The notes beneath the pieces were generated by a model. The model was not told the DNA's origin. It made no database searches and saw only the letters and a program-made list of their open reading frames with translations. A stretch of 64,000 nucleotides of DNA from Candidatus Pacearchaeota archaeon (lineage in GTDB: Archaea; Nanobdellota; Nanobdellia; Pacearchaeales; GW2011-AR1), in contig JAGVXD010000019.1 of NCBI GenBank assembly GCA_018303945.1, positions 2,975 to 66,974 of the forward strand, given 5' to 3'. Of the stretch, positions 11,104-20,645 are shown piece by piece. Within the stretch, counting starts at the first letter, position 1. Each line of letters begins with the position of its first letter. The translations under genes were made by a program, and so were the position numbers.

Positions 11104-11673
11104 ATGAAAATTTTAGAAGGGGTTAAAAAAGTCTGGTTATACCTCAAACAAGATACATGGCATTCCTGGCTGGTTTCAATAATCCTTATAATACTATTGA
11201 TAAAATTTATATTGTTCCCTGTTCTCTCTTTTATTACAGGCACACCATTACCATTGGTTGTGGTGGAATCGTGCTCAATGTATCACAACTCAGGTTTTAA
11301 TAATTGGTGGATTTCCAATAGTGCATGGTATGAAAATAGAAATATTGAAGAATCTGATTTCCTATTATTTCCTCTAAAAAATGGTCTAAACAAAGGAGAT
11401 ATAGTTTTAGTCTGGGGAAGAACAGACTATAATCTTGGAGATATCGTAATTTTCTCGGCATCTACCCGATATCCAATAATTCATAGAATAGTAGGAAATG
11501 ACCCTATTTCAACAAAAGGAGACAACAATTCTGACCAGTTAGATATAGAAAGAGTTATAGAAAAAGAGACGATAATGGGCAAAGCAGTAGGAAAAGTGCC
11601 TCTCCTCGGCTGGATAAAACTCTTGTTTTTCGAATCTTTCAAGAGTCCTGAAGAAAGAGGTTTCTGCAAATAA
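11104..11673 (+). CDS. sec11: signal peptidase I (archaeal Sec11 type)
   Basis: TM helix, VVESCSM catalytic Ser, IIHR, TKGDNN. Confidence 0.9.
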   Translation: MKILEGVKKVWLYLKQDTWHSWLVSIILIILLIKFILFPVLSFITGTPLPLVVVESCSMYHNSGFNNWWISNSAWYENRNIEESDFLLFPLKNGLNKGDIVLVWGRTDYNLGDIVIFSASTRYPIIHRIVGNDPISTKGDNNSDQLDIERVIEKETIMGKAVGKVPLLGWIKLLFFESFKSPEERGFCK

Positions 11674-11712
11674 CGAAACCGCAATATTAAAAAACTCTTG
11701 GTACTTGAAAAT

Positions 11713-12024
11713 ATGATGGAATTTTGTCAAAAATGTGGGGGGATAATTGTAGTCAAAGAACAAAAAGCAGTCTGCGCTGCCTGCGGAACAAAGTATGCTA
11801 AAAAACCAAAATTAGAAGCATCTGAAAAGATTGGGAAGAGAGATATGGTAGCAGTGATAGATGAGGATATGGATAATACGTATCCTATCGTAGATATGAC
11901 CTGTCCAAAATGCAAAAATAAAAAATCGTATTTTTGGACGACTCAAACTCGCGCTTCGGACGAATCAGAGACCAAATTTTATAAATGCACTAAGTGCAAG
12001 CATACCTGGCGAAAGTACAGATAG
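11713..12024 (+). CDS. tfs: transcription factor S (TFS/RpoM family)
   Basis: Two Zn ribbons and QTRASDESETKFYKCTKC. Confidence 0.93.
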   Translation: MMEFCQKCGGIIVVKEQKAVCAACGTKYAKKPKLEASEKIGKRDMVAVIDEDMDNTYPIVDMTCPKCKNKKSYFWTTQTRASDESETKFYKCTKCKHTWRKYR

Positions 12025-12086
12025 TGTAATTATCCTAAAGTAATAACAGTAGAAAGGTTTAAAAACACCTTTTTTCAACAAACCTT

Positions 12087-12479
12087 ATGAGCTTAAACAC
12101 AATATTGCATGCGGAAGATGATGATTTAATAACTAGATTAATGGAAATGATGATAAATAAATATTTCCCTAGGTTTAAATATAAATCAGTTAAAACTGCT
12201 GAAGAGTTCTTGGAAATTTATAGAAAAGCCCATCAAGAAGGAAAGCCTCCATATATAACAATGACAGACTATAATCTGGATGGGAGGATGAAAGGTGCAG
12301 ATGCGTTGGCTACATTAGCACGGGAAGGTACGTTAAAAGCAGATAGGACTTTACTCTGTTCTGGAGACCCTGGACAAGAAGTTCTAGACCAAATAGAAAA
12401 ATTGGGTATATCATTCATCCCAAAACCTATTCCAATAAATGAAATAAGACTATTTATAGAAAGAGCACAAAAAAAATAG
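12087..12479 (+). CDS. stand-alone response regulator receiver domain
   Basis: ILHAEDD, MTDYNL phospho-Asp, CSG, PKP. Confidence 0.85.
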   Translation: MSLNTILHAEDDDLITRLMEMMINKYFPRFKYKSVKTAEEFLEIYRKAHQEGKPPYITMTDYNLDGRMKGADALATLAREGTLKADRTLLCSGDPGQEVLDQIEKLGISFIPKPIPINEIRLFIERAQKK

Positions 12480-12521
12480 GGGGAGATATATTTTTAAACG
12501 CGTTGGATTTTGCTCTATCAA

Positions 12522-12647
12522 GGCTCCGTAGCTCAGCCCGGTTAGAGTACTGGACTCTTACATTTAAAGGCGTAAGTCTTAAATGGCTCATGATTGATAT
12601 ACAATCGAGAAATCCAGGTGTCGCGGGTTCAAATCCCGTCGGGGCCA
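12522..12647 (+). tRNA. intron-containing tRNA, anticodon read as CTT (Lys); 51-nt intron 12561-12611
   Basis: GGCTCCG/CGGGGCC acceptor, CTGGA/TCCAG anticodon stem, GTTCAAATC T loop; BHB central helix imperfect, so identity is uncertain. Confidence 0.75.
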
Positions 12648-12732
12648 TAATACTTTTTATCCCAAAAAGAGGAGCAGACCACCTATAGGGACTATACAGA
12701 CGCTATATAACAAAGTATAGCTTAAGACGAAT

Positions 12733-13911
12733 ATGAGAATATATCCCTACAATAATAAAGATAGATATCTCTCCTGGAAAGAAGGATTAACAGGCTTCAT
12801 AGAAGGTATAAGTAAAGAAAACTCGGATATTCTACTAAGGTATCTTAATGATATGGAAATAGGTATAAACGTTGCCAGAGGGGTTAAAAAAGGCTCCAGA
12901 AGCTATGTGCACCTTAATTCATCAAGAGACAGACTTATTTCCATGATGAAAAAAATGAGTAGCTCGTATGGAGTTGATGACATAACTACTGTGACTGATG
13001 AGCAACTTCATGTTTTCTTTAATGATATGAGAAACGGCAAGATTACTAAACCTAATGGTCAAAAGTACATATGTGTTAGAGACTTTGTTAAAATGTTCAA
13101 AGCCTTTTGGCACTGGCATCAAAGAGTGAATGCCAAAAAAGGAATCCAAATTCAAGATATTACTGTAGACTTGGATACAAGAGAGGAAAAACCTGACTGG
13201 GTCTATCTTACAGAAGAACAAATAAGGAAATTGGCCGATAATGCTAAATATGAATGGAGAGTATTGATTTGGTTCTTGTACGATACAGGAATTAGAGCAC
13301 CTACTGAACTAATGAATGTTAAGGTTTCAGACCTACATAATGATTTCAAAGAGCTTAATATTAGAGAGGAAATAGTTAAAATTGGTTCATTTGGAAGAAG
13401 AATTAAGCTTATGCTCTACAGTTCATTGTTAAAAGAGTATGTAAAACTGAACAATCTAAAAAGCAGCGATTCTCTCTTTAATATAAACTATAATTCTATC
13501 AATAAGTACCTTAAGAATTTAGCTAAGAAATTGTTTGGAGAAGAAAAAACGCTTGCAGGACAAAGATATTGCGACCTAACACTTTATGACTTTAGACATA
13601 ATTCATGCTGTTATTGGCTGCCAAGATATAAGAGTGAGAGCGCATTAAAGTACAGATTTGGGTGGAAAGAGAGCGATAAGATTCATTATTACTCAGAGCT
13701 CTTGGGCATGAAAGATACTATTTCAGAACAAGATATGTTTGTTGATCTTACAAGAACAGAGATAGAAAAGAGACTGGAAAAATCTGAAAAAGAACGAGAA
13801 ATATTAAATGATAAATTCAGGTTGCTTGAAGAAGAGCAGAACGTCTTAAAGCAAACTGTTGCAGAACTCATCCACAATTTTAATGGAAAAAATATATCAA
13901 CTCCTATTTAG
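12733..13911 (+). CDS. tyrosine recombinase/integrase
   Basis: YDTGIRAPTE (Arg), YDFRH, RFGW and HYY (Tyr) motifs; C-terminal coiled coil. Confidence 0.9.
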   Translation: MRIYPYNNKDRYLSWKEGLTGFIEGISKENSDILLRYLNDMEIGINVARGVKKGSRSYVHLNSSRDRLISMMKKMSSSYGVDDITTVTDEQLHVFFNDMRNGKITKPNGQKYICVRDFVKMFKAFWHWHQRVNAKKGIQIQDITVDLDTREEKPDWVYLTEEQIRKLADNAKYEWRVLIWFLYDTGIRAPTELMNVKVSDLHNDFKELNIREEIVKIGSFGRRIKLMLYSSLLKEYVKLNNLKSSDSLFNINYNSINKYLKNLAKKLFGEEKTLAGQRYCDLTLYDFRHNSCCYWLPRYKSESALKYRFGWKESDKIHYYSELLGMKDTISEQDMFVDLTRTEIEKRLEKSEKEREILNDKFRLLEEEQNVLKQTVAELIHNFNGKNISTPI

Positions 13912-14088
13912 ATAATAAAGATGAGAGAAAAGAGCTAAGCAATTTCTTGAGTGTTTAGGCAATGGAAAATCAATTTATGAGTGTGAAGCAGAAAATGACT
14001 TGCTTGATGAATATCAAGAAGAAATGGAGAATTCAGAAGAATATGAGAAAAGATAAATACTCAATTAAATACCAAACAGGAGGTCAAC

Positions 14089-14259
14089 ATGGTTACAAAA
14101 TTGCCAGAATTCAAAGGCTATACAGTAGATATGAGACTTAAGCAATTCAGAAAAGCTGATAGAAATAAGCCAAGTATCGAATTTATAGACTTTGATTCTG
14201 AAGAAGGTCAAGAGCTTCTAGCAGAATACGAAGAAAGCTTGGAAGAACAAGAAGAATAA
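14089..14259 (+). CDS. small acidic hypothetical protein (56 aa, not in ORF track)
   Basis: GGAGG SD then MVTKLPEFKGYTVDMRLKQFRK...EEQEE*. Confidence 0.7.
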   Translation: MVTKLPEFKGYTVDMRLKQFRKADRNKPSIEFIDFDSEEGQELLAEYEESLEEQEE

Positions 14260-14326
14260 TAGATAAATGATGTGGGCCCACATCACACTTGATTATAAAG
14301 TTCGCTTTTCATTTTATCTCCTAAAC

Positions 14327-15230
14327 TCACGGCTTTTGCGCGGCGGCTACGCCGCTAATGCAAACTACCCGACCATACTCGCCCGAGTCAGCCAAATCAT
14401 CGTCGTTCGAGTTGATATTGAGGTTCCAGTTGAGGAACAACCTCGAAAGTCCTGAATTTCTAGTCCATAATTGTCTGTTCTTACCAGGAACATCAGTATC
14501 ATACACTTTTGTTGGCAAACCTGTTTTAGCATCCATTTCAGAGGAATTAATGTAAGATCCATGTTTGCTGTTAAGAATGGGTGCTTCAAAATAAAGAGGA
14601 GTATCAAGAAGTTCTTTCTTTAAATTAAATGCTAGTTTATTAGGCGCCTTATTTTCTTTCCTCAATGAAAGTCCATATAAAGGTAGCACATAAGCAGTAT
14701 TTTCAAGGCTTGCCAGCGCCTCTAAATTGATCATAGAAATCCAAAGCGAGCCAACCATTAGGATTTCCTTTCGATCTCCATACAAGTGAAGAATCTTCAT
14801 ATTGATTTTGCAAAGGCAATTTATTTCCTTTTAAGATAGCTTCTAACTCTGCTTGTGTTGCTGTTCTAATATTCTTAGGTTGCAATATTTGATTTGCAAC
14901 TATAACTGCGTATGGGTTAGAGCCCTCTACAACTTTCTTTGTAGAATTCCACTTAAGTATCTTAAGAGCGCTTGCGTCATTATAATCTACTTTTACTACC
15001 CGCTCATATTCTTTCAAGAAATCTTTTCCAAAATCTCCTGATAGAAAGAAAGCTGAGGCGAACGGAATCTGGGGAATTGGAGTATTTGAAGCAGGGGATA
15101 CATCAGGATTTGTTCCAGCATTCTTATCAGGTTCTGGTTCTTTATTTCCTTTACCTTTATCTGGCTTCTCTTGACTTACTCTTTGAGCATAGCGTTCTGC
15201 CCATTGTTTATACAGATCAAAGTTGCTCAT
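14327..15230 (-). CDS. DGR-target-like protein, copy A (split by +1 frameshift at CCT TGA near 14703)
   Basis: Paralogue of copy B; C-terminal SGLSRLFLNWNLNINSNDDDLADSGEYGRVV with NNC/NNT codons and a downstream GCGGC-GTA-GCCGC hairpin. Confidence 0.7.
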
Positions 15231-15372
15231 TTTCTGCCTCCAATGATGCTAACAATATATCGAGACCTTGCTCTAAAGCATGCGATTTATTTCTGAATGC
15301 TCCTTTGCGTACATACTCTTCAACTTTCTGTATCTTTTCTTCTTCTACAGTTATACTCATTTTCTGCTTCAT
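15217..15372 (-). CDS. ribbon-helix-helix (CopG-like) DNA-binding protein (51 aa, not in ORF track)
   Basis: MKQKMSITVEEEKIQKVEEYVRKGAFRNKSHALEQGL; overlaps both neighbours. Confidence 0.8.
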   Translation of the reverse strand: MKQKMSITVEEEKIQKVEEYVRKGAFRNKSHALEQGLDILLASLEAENEQL

Positions 15373-17159
15373 GCTGTAGCTCCTGCAATTTTAGGGCTTT
15401 GCTTATAATAACTTGAAACAAAGGAAACCATGCTTCGTGAAAGATCCTCATCGCCTTTTACGTTAATAACTGGAACTCCCAGATCCTTTAGATACGTTGA
15501 AAACGCTGTGTCGCCACCAATTTGAATATGTGCATAATCAGCAGTTCGTATCTTTTGTTCAAAACTAGTTTTTTGAGAGCCATTCATGCTAAATTCTCCA
15601 TCTGAAATAGACAAGACTAAAGCACTATCTTCGATTTCTTTCTCCAAGCCCTCGCTATCAAAGGTAGTAGTTCCTGAGGGTTTTGTTAGCAAGGATTTGG
15701 CGACTAATTCTGATTTTCCACGCACTGCTGATTCTCCTGAGAATCCCAGAACGCTACTTTCAATGTAAGGAGCTACGCCTTGGCGTTCAAAGAAGTTATC
15801 AATGCCAAAATATCCTTTTAATGCGAAATGATATTTACTATTATCTCCCCATGGGATATATGAAGTATTTCCTACTTCTTTTCCATTATCTGAATTAAGA
15901 GCCATACTTCCTGATCTATCCATAAGTGCAAGCTTGAAGTTAGGAAACTGGTGAGGATGTTTCTTGTAAGCAACAGGGTGTTCAACATGATGTTTAGTTG
16001 TCTTTAAACCCATCTCTCCATCAGATTTGAATCCTACTCCTCTGAACTTAAACTTACGTTCATCTTCCTTAACAAATCGTCTCCCATAGCGTACAAGAGG
16101 CATTGCTTGACTTGCTGAGTAATGAGTAGTTTCTACAGGAATTTCCTTAGAAATTTTCTTATAGAGGTCATATAGTTGCTCTTGTAAATCTCTATGTGCA
16201 AGCGGTGCTTCCCCTCCCTGATATCTGCCAAAGGCAATTTCCTGCCTATTAGAAGGCATTTTCATTTCTCGATCAAAAGGATTCTGCTCCTCTGAATTCT
16301 CATCGCCCTCACTTGATCCAAACATTCTTTGTTGCGGTGGCTGATCTTCCAGCAATTTACCTAGATGAACAGCAAAAGAATATCCGAGATTGCTCCATGT
16401 TTTCGCTCTTTGGCGTATATCTGTAGGATCAAACAGCTTTTGGAATCCAGATTTTTCATGTAACTTAAATATCTTCTCTTCTTGGGTAACTGTTCTCATT
16501 TCTCCGAGAAATTGTCCGACTGCTTCTTTTACTTCTGGTTTATCACCAAAGAATCTCTTAAGAAGACTATAGTCTGCTGCTCTTCCTGCAAGCATAAGGT
16601 TAACTTTGACAAAAGCCTCGTAAAAAAGATTATATTTTCCATCCTGCCCATTCACAAGCCCGTGGTTATTCCAAAAAAGAGTTTGGCCTGCAAAATCGGT
16701 ATGTCTCCTGCAATTAATATTATCAAGTACATCTTCAAAAGCATTAGTAACATACTGCTCAAGACCGTTTTTGCCTATCTCTTGCAGTCCTCGTGTTACT
16801 TTGTCCTTGATTCTCTCGTGAGTTTCTAAATCATAGGGGCAACCATATCGTTCTCCTACCTTATTTTCTCTGTGTCCTGCTTCATGGTCGAGTACATCCT
16901 GTCCCGTTTTAAGCAAGGGATCTTTAATCCCTCTAAGAGATGCAAAACGCTTGCTTTCCTCATCAGGCACTAAATCCAAATCTCTTCCATAAGAAAGACT
17001 AATTTCTTTCCAATCTGTTGTAATATGGCCTGCAAAAGTATTTCCAGCAACTTCATCAACATTTAATCTAATTCCAATTAATCCGATCTTGTTTTTTTGC
17101 TGTTCAAGTGCTTGTTTGATGTTTTGAAGTTCGCTTTTCATTTTATCTCCTAAACTCAC
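15369..17159 (-). CDS. VWA-domain protein with N-terminal HExxH metallopeptidase-like domain
   Basis: HEAGH...NAFED, then MIDAS DRSGS, T and ISDG; likely start MKSEL at 17141. Confidence 0.85.
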   Translation of the reverse strand: MSLGDKMKSELQNIKQALEQQKNKIGLIGIRLNVDEVAGNTFAGHITTDWKEISLSYGRDLDLVPDEESKRFASLRGIKDPLLKTGQDVLDHEAGHRENKVGERYGCPYDLETHERIKDKVTRGLQEIGKNGLEQYVTNAFEDVLDNINCRRHTDFAGQTLFWNNHGLVNGQDGKYNLFYEAFVKVNLMLAGRAADYSLLKRFFGDKPEVKEAVGQFLGEMRTVTQEEKIFKLHEKSGFQKLFDPTDIRQRAKTWSNLGYSFAVHLGKLLEDQPPQQRMFGSSEGDENSEEQNPFDREMKMPSNRQEIAFGRYQGGEAPLAHRDLQEQLYDLYKKISKEIPVETTHYSASQAMPLVRYGRRFVKEDERKFKFRGVGFKSDGEMGLKTTKHHVEHPVAYKKHPHQFPNFKLALMDRSGSMALNSDNGKEVGNTSYIPWGDNSKYHFALKGYFGIDNFFERQGVAPYIESSVLGFSGESAVRGKSELVAKSLLTKPSGTTTFDSEGLEKEIEDSALVLSISDGEFSMNGSQKTSFEQKIRTADYAHIQIGGDTAFSTYLKDLGVPVINVKGDEDLSRSMVSFVSSYYKQSPKIAGATA

Positions 17160-18017
17160 GGCTTTTGCGCGGCGGCTGCGCCGCTAATGCAAACTACCCG
17201 ACCAGCCTCATACGAGCCGGCGAGAACCCCGCCCCTAGCGAAGAGATCCAAGTCCCTGATGAGGTACAACCTCGAAAGTCCTGAATTTCTAGTCCATAAT
17301 TGTCTGTTCCCTGGAACAGCATTCTCATAGACTTTCTTCGGTAGTCCAGTATTGGTATCAACTTCTCCAGCTTTAACATATAATCCGTCTTTACTCATAA
17401 GTATATGAGCTTCAAAATAAAGAGGAGTATAAAGAAGTTCTTTCTTTAAATTAAATGCTAGTTTATTAGGCGCCTTATTTTCTTTCCTCAATGAAAGTCC
17501 ATATAAAGGTAGCACATAAGCAGTATTTTCAAGCGAGCCAACTATTAGGATCTGCATTAGATCTCCACACGAGAGAAGATTCTACATAATGATTTCCTTT
17601 GATAGGTAATGTATTTGCCTGTGCAATTTTCTCTAACTCTGCTTGTGTAGCAGTTCTGATTCCACTTTTCTCAAGAATCATGTTAGAAAGAACAACTGCA
17701 AAAGGATTTGAGCCCGTTACTTTTTGATTGGCATCATCCCAATTAAGAACTTGCAAAGCTGAGGCATTATTATAATCTTTCTTAACTCTTGCGTTATATT
17801 CCTTTAGAAAGTCTTTTCCAAATTGTCCTTTCAAAAATGAAGCACTCCCAAAAGTATGGGGAACAACAAGAGGAGTGGTTGCATTTGAATCAGGTTGACT
17901 TCCAGCATCTGGCTTAGAATCTGCTTTTTTTCCTTTTCCACCTTTGTCTGGTTGTCCTTGACTTACTCTTTGAGCATAGCGTTCTGCCCATTGCTTGTAA
18001 AGGTCGAAATTACTCAT
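17156..18017 (-). CDS. DGR-target-like protein, copy B (split by +1 frameshift at GCT TGA near 17529)
   Basis: Same N-terminus as copy A (MSNFDLYKQWAERYAQRVSQ); C-terminal SGLSRLYLIRDLDLFARGGVLAGSYEAGRVV; GCGGC-GCA-GCCGC hairpin. Confidence 0.7.
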
Positions 18018-18019
18018 GG

Positions 18020-19336
18020 TTATTTCCTCCCTTGTTCTCTTGCTCTTTCAATAATCTCTCGTAATTTGGCCTTTTCTGGATTTTTATCATTCTTCATGAT
18101 TGATGCATAATCTTGAATTGCTTCTTTTACTGGTGTCCAACGACCCTTAACTGATGCAACATCGTTGAGCAAATCTGCATCAGTTATACCTGCTTCTGCT
18201 AAAGCTACAGCTTCCTCAAGCTTAGAAACTCTCTCGAGTATTTCTCTTCGATTGCCTGAATTTTGGCCGAAAAGAGTATCAAAAGCTGAATAAACATCCC
18301 CATTATGTTCTTGGTCTATGTACATTGGAGCAATAACTCCTGAATAAGGAACAGTCAATCGTAAGGCGTCAAGAAATAAATTAGAAGTGGTTGGCTGTTT
18401 TCCTTTTGCTTCTGCAATCATTTGCAAAGCCCCAGTTAACCCGATAGCAGAAAGTACTCCTCTTGGAGAAAATGGAAATACTTTGTTTTCATCAATATCT
18501 GTTCTAATACCTTCCAAATTTGGCCAGCGAGCATCGCATTTAGCTTTGCTATTGCCTTTTACATTTTCCAAATAATCTAAACCTTCCGTAAAATAAAGTC
18601 CTAAAATAGGAAGAAGAGGATACGTTTCTCGTTCTCCAAATTCCTTATGTAATGCAAGAATATCTTCTTTTGAAACTTGTGCCTCATTAGGCATGTCAGA
18701 TCTAGGATTTTTCTTTCCTTTGAACACACTTAAAAGATTTTGAGGTGTCGGCCTATAATCAGGATGATCCAACTTAACAATCATATGCATTCTATCTTTT
18801 AATGCTCTATCTGAATCTGAAACACCTACATATTCTCCATTTCCAAGATTTCCAGTTGCAAAACCAATGCTATAGCCATCAGTTCCTAAATTGAGAATTT
18901 TTCCATCATGAACTAATTTTCCATCAAAGAAGTCAAAGAAATAGTTCTGGACAATAGGTGGAGCCCTATTTAATTCGTCAATAAAGAAAAGATTTTTTCG
19001 CACGTTTTCAGTTAACTCTACAAGCTCTCGATCGGTTTTTGCATCCTTAAGACTCCCTAACCTCACTTGTTTTAAAAGTTCAGAAGGTTCAAAATCTGGG
19101 CGACCCATTGCATAACAGGCAGAATCATTAAAATAGCTCAAAAGATCATGTCCAAGTTGAGTCTTACCTCTTCCTGTTCCTCCCACATAATAGACATTTA
19201 ATCTTGCAATCAAAGGAGCTTTTACCAAAACATCTCGTGCACTATAGGCAACACCACCAAGAGAGATCTCTCTATCGTTGGAGTATCTTCCTGCCTCTAA
19301 TCGTTCAATTGCCTGCTTTGATTTATCTGATACCAT
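18020..19336 (-). CDS. MoxR-like AAA+ ATPase
   Basis: GGTGRGKT, FFIDELNRAPPIVQN, ATGN, ALKDR. Confidence 0.88.
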   Translation of the reverse strand: MVSDKSKQAIERLEAGRYSNDREISLGGVAYSARDVLVKAPLIARLNVYYVGGTGRGKTQLGHDLLSYFNDSACYAMGRPDFEPSELLKQVRLGSLKDAKTDRELVELTENVRKNLFFIDELNRAPPIVQNYFFDFFDGKLVHDGKILNLGTDGYSIGFATGNLGNGEYVGVSDSDRALKDRMHMIVKLDHPDYRPTPQNLLSVFKGKKNPRSDMPNEAQVSKEDILALHKEFGERETYPLLPILGLYFTEGLDYLENVKGNSKAKCDARWPNLEGIRTDIDENKVFPFSPRGVLSAIGLTGALQMIAEAKGKQPTTSNLFLDALRLTVPYSGVIAPMYIDQEHNGDVYSAFDTLFGQNSGNRREILERVSKLEEAVALAEAGITDADLLNDVASVKGRWTPVKEAIQDYASIMKNDKNPEKAKLREIIERAREQGRK

Positions 19337-19428
19337 GTTTTAACTTAAAAATAGTACTTTATACTACTATTTAAACTTTTTTGTTGTTACCATTTTAAAG
19401 TAAAATAAATAAAGAGTGGTTTTATCTT

Positions 19429-19671
19429 TTGAATATTTATTATAAATATACGATAGTGATCCTAATAGCAGTAATTGGAATTAGTTTCATTATTACTCCT
19501 CACGTTATAGCTGAAAAATACATAACTGAAAATCTAGAGATAGGTTTAACTCTCTTGGGTGGAGGAACAGTAATATTTGCTCACTGGAAGAACAGAGTCT
19601 ATTGTATAGCTTGTCAAAAGAAGCCGCTTTCTTGCTTTAATAATTGTAATGAATGTAAAATGAGAGTATAA
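19429..19671 (+). CDS. small two-TM protein with Cys-rich tail (weakly MerC-like)
   Basis: Two hydrophobic helices, AHWKNRVYC, CxxC motifs; start codon uncertain. Confidence 0.4.
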   Translation: MNIYYKYTIVILIAVIGISFIITPHVIAEKYITENLEIGLTLLGGGTVIFAHWKNRVYCIACQKKPLSCFNNCNECKMRV

Positions 19672-20135
19672 ATTGCTGTACCTTGTAAGTTGTTGCTGAT
19701 GTTTTTAAAGCTGAGAGCTAGATTCCTTGGTTTTATGAATAAGAAAGAAAAGCAAATTATAAAGAAGATTTACAATGACTGCTTAGAACTTGAGAAAAAG
19801 AAAGATATAACTGAATATGGCAAAGGTCAGAGAGATTTATGCAAACTATTATTAAAAACTGGATGAAAATGAGACAACACTTGTACAATGAATTAATAAT
19901 CTTTAATATCTTAGAAGTTAGAATGTTAAAAGCGCCTACTGTCGAGTTGAAGCTGAAATATATAAAGACAAACCAACATACTTACGTGTATAAAACTTGT
20001 ACTGTGTCTGCTCCTCAAAACAGACAAAAAGTGCTAGAGGGCGCCGGGGCCATCTTATCTTTCAGAGAAACTCTGTAATTATAGTCTAGAACATAATAAA
20101 TTAAACAGTTTTTCCAGACATACTCAAAAGAGAGA

Positions 20136-20417
20136 TTAACTTAATAATCTTCGTATATTCTCTATATTCTCTGCAATTTCTTGCCCTTTCTTTGTCAGCT
20201 TGATAAGCTTAGTGCGTCCTTTCTTCTCAAAAACAACTAAACCTAATTGCTCCAAGCTCTGCAGTATTTTAACTGCATGACTATAAGTGCAATCCACTTC
20301 CTTCGCAAGAATGCTTCCATATCTGGCCCTTGTCATTCTCTTTAGTGCTACAAGCATTAATGCTGGTTTTCTTCTAAAGAAGATATCAAGTGTCTCATGA
20401 TCTGTTTTAGATATCAT
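20136..20417 (-). CDS. winged-helix transcriptional regulator
   Basis: LAKEVDCTYSHAVKIL...KGRTKLIKLTKKG. Confidence 0.85.
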   Translation of the reverse strand: MISKTDHETLDIFFRRKPALMLVALKRMTRARYGSILAKEVDCTYSHAVKILQSLEQLGLVVFEKKGRTKLIKLTKKGQEIAENIENIRRLLS

Positions 20418-20645
20418 TAAATGTTATGTATATGATACAATCTATATATTAAACTCGTATATAGCTTTTAAATTTTTCCGTATGTTTGTTATAGCCAGCA
20501 GTAGCAAAAAAACCCAAGTTATTGACTTTAAAGTGAAGGCAGTATATATAGAAATATATCTCTTGGTCGGCAGTTCAGATTTATCAGAGATAAGAAGCGA
20601 CCCTCCATTGCAAAAACTTAAAAGAGCTCGTCTCTTTTATATAAC

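Larger units (their letters stand above)
12640..20053. mobile_element. tRNA-integrated element, ~7.4 kb
   Basis: Integrase directly after the tRNA; tRNA 3' end CGGGGCCAT (12640-12648) is repeated at 20045-20053 after the accessory genes. Confidence 0.75.

Noticed and set aside
10312..12688. ORFs overlapping tRNA genes
   Set aside because: Explained by the tRNA genes.
12640..20053. Complete DGR cassette (RT, Avd, template repeat)
   Set aside because: No RT motifs and no non-coding AAC-rich template found; copy A is AAC-richer but lies in a coding frame and does not differ from B only at adenines.
12733..20053. Provirus
   Set aside because: No capsid, packaging or replication genes recognisable.
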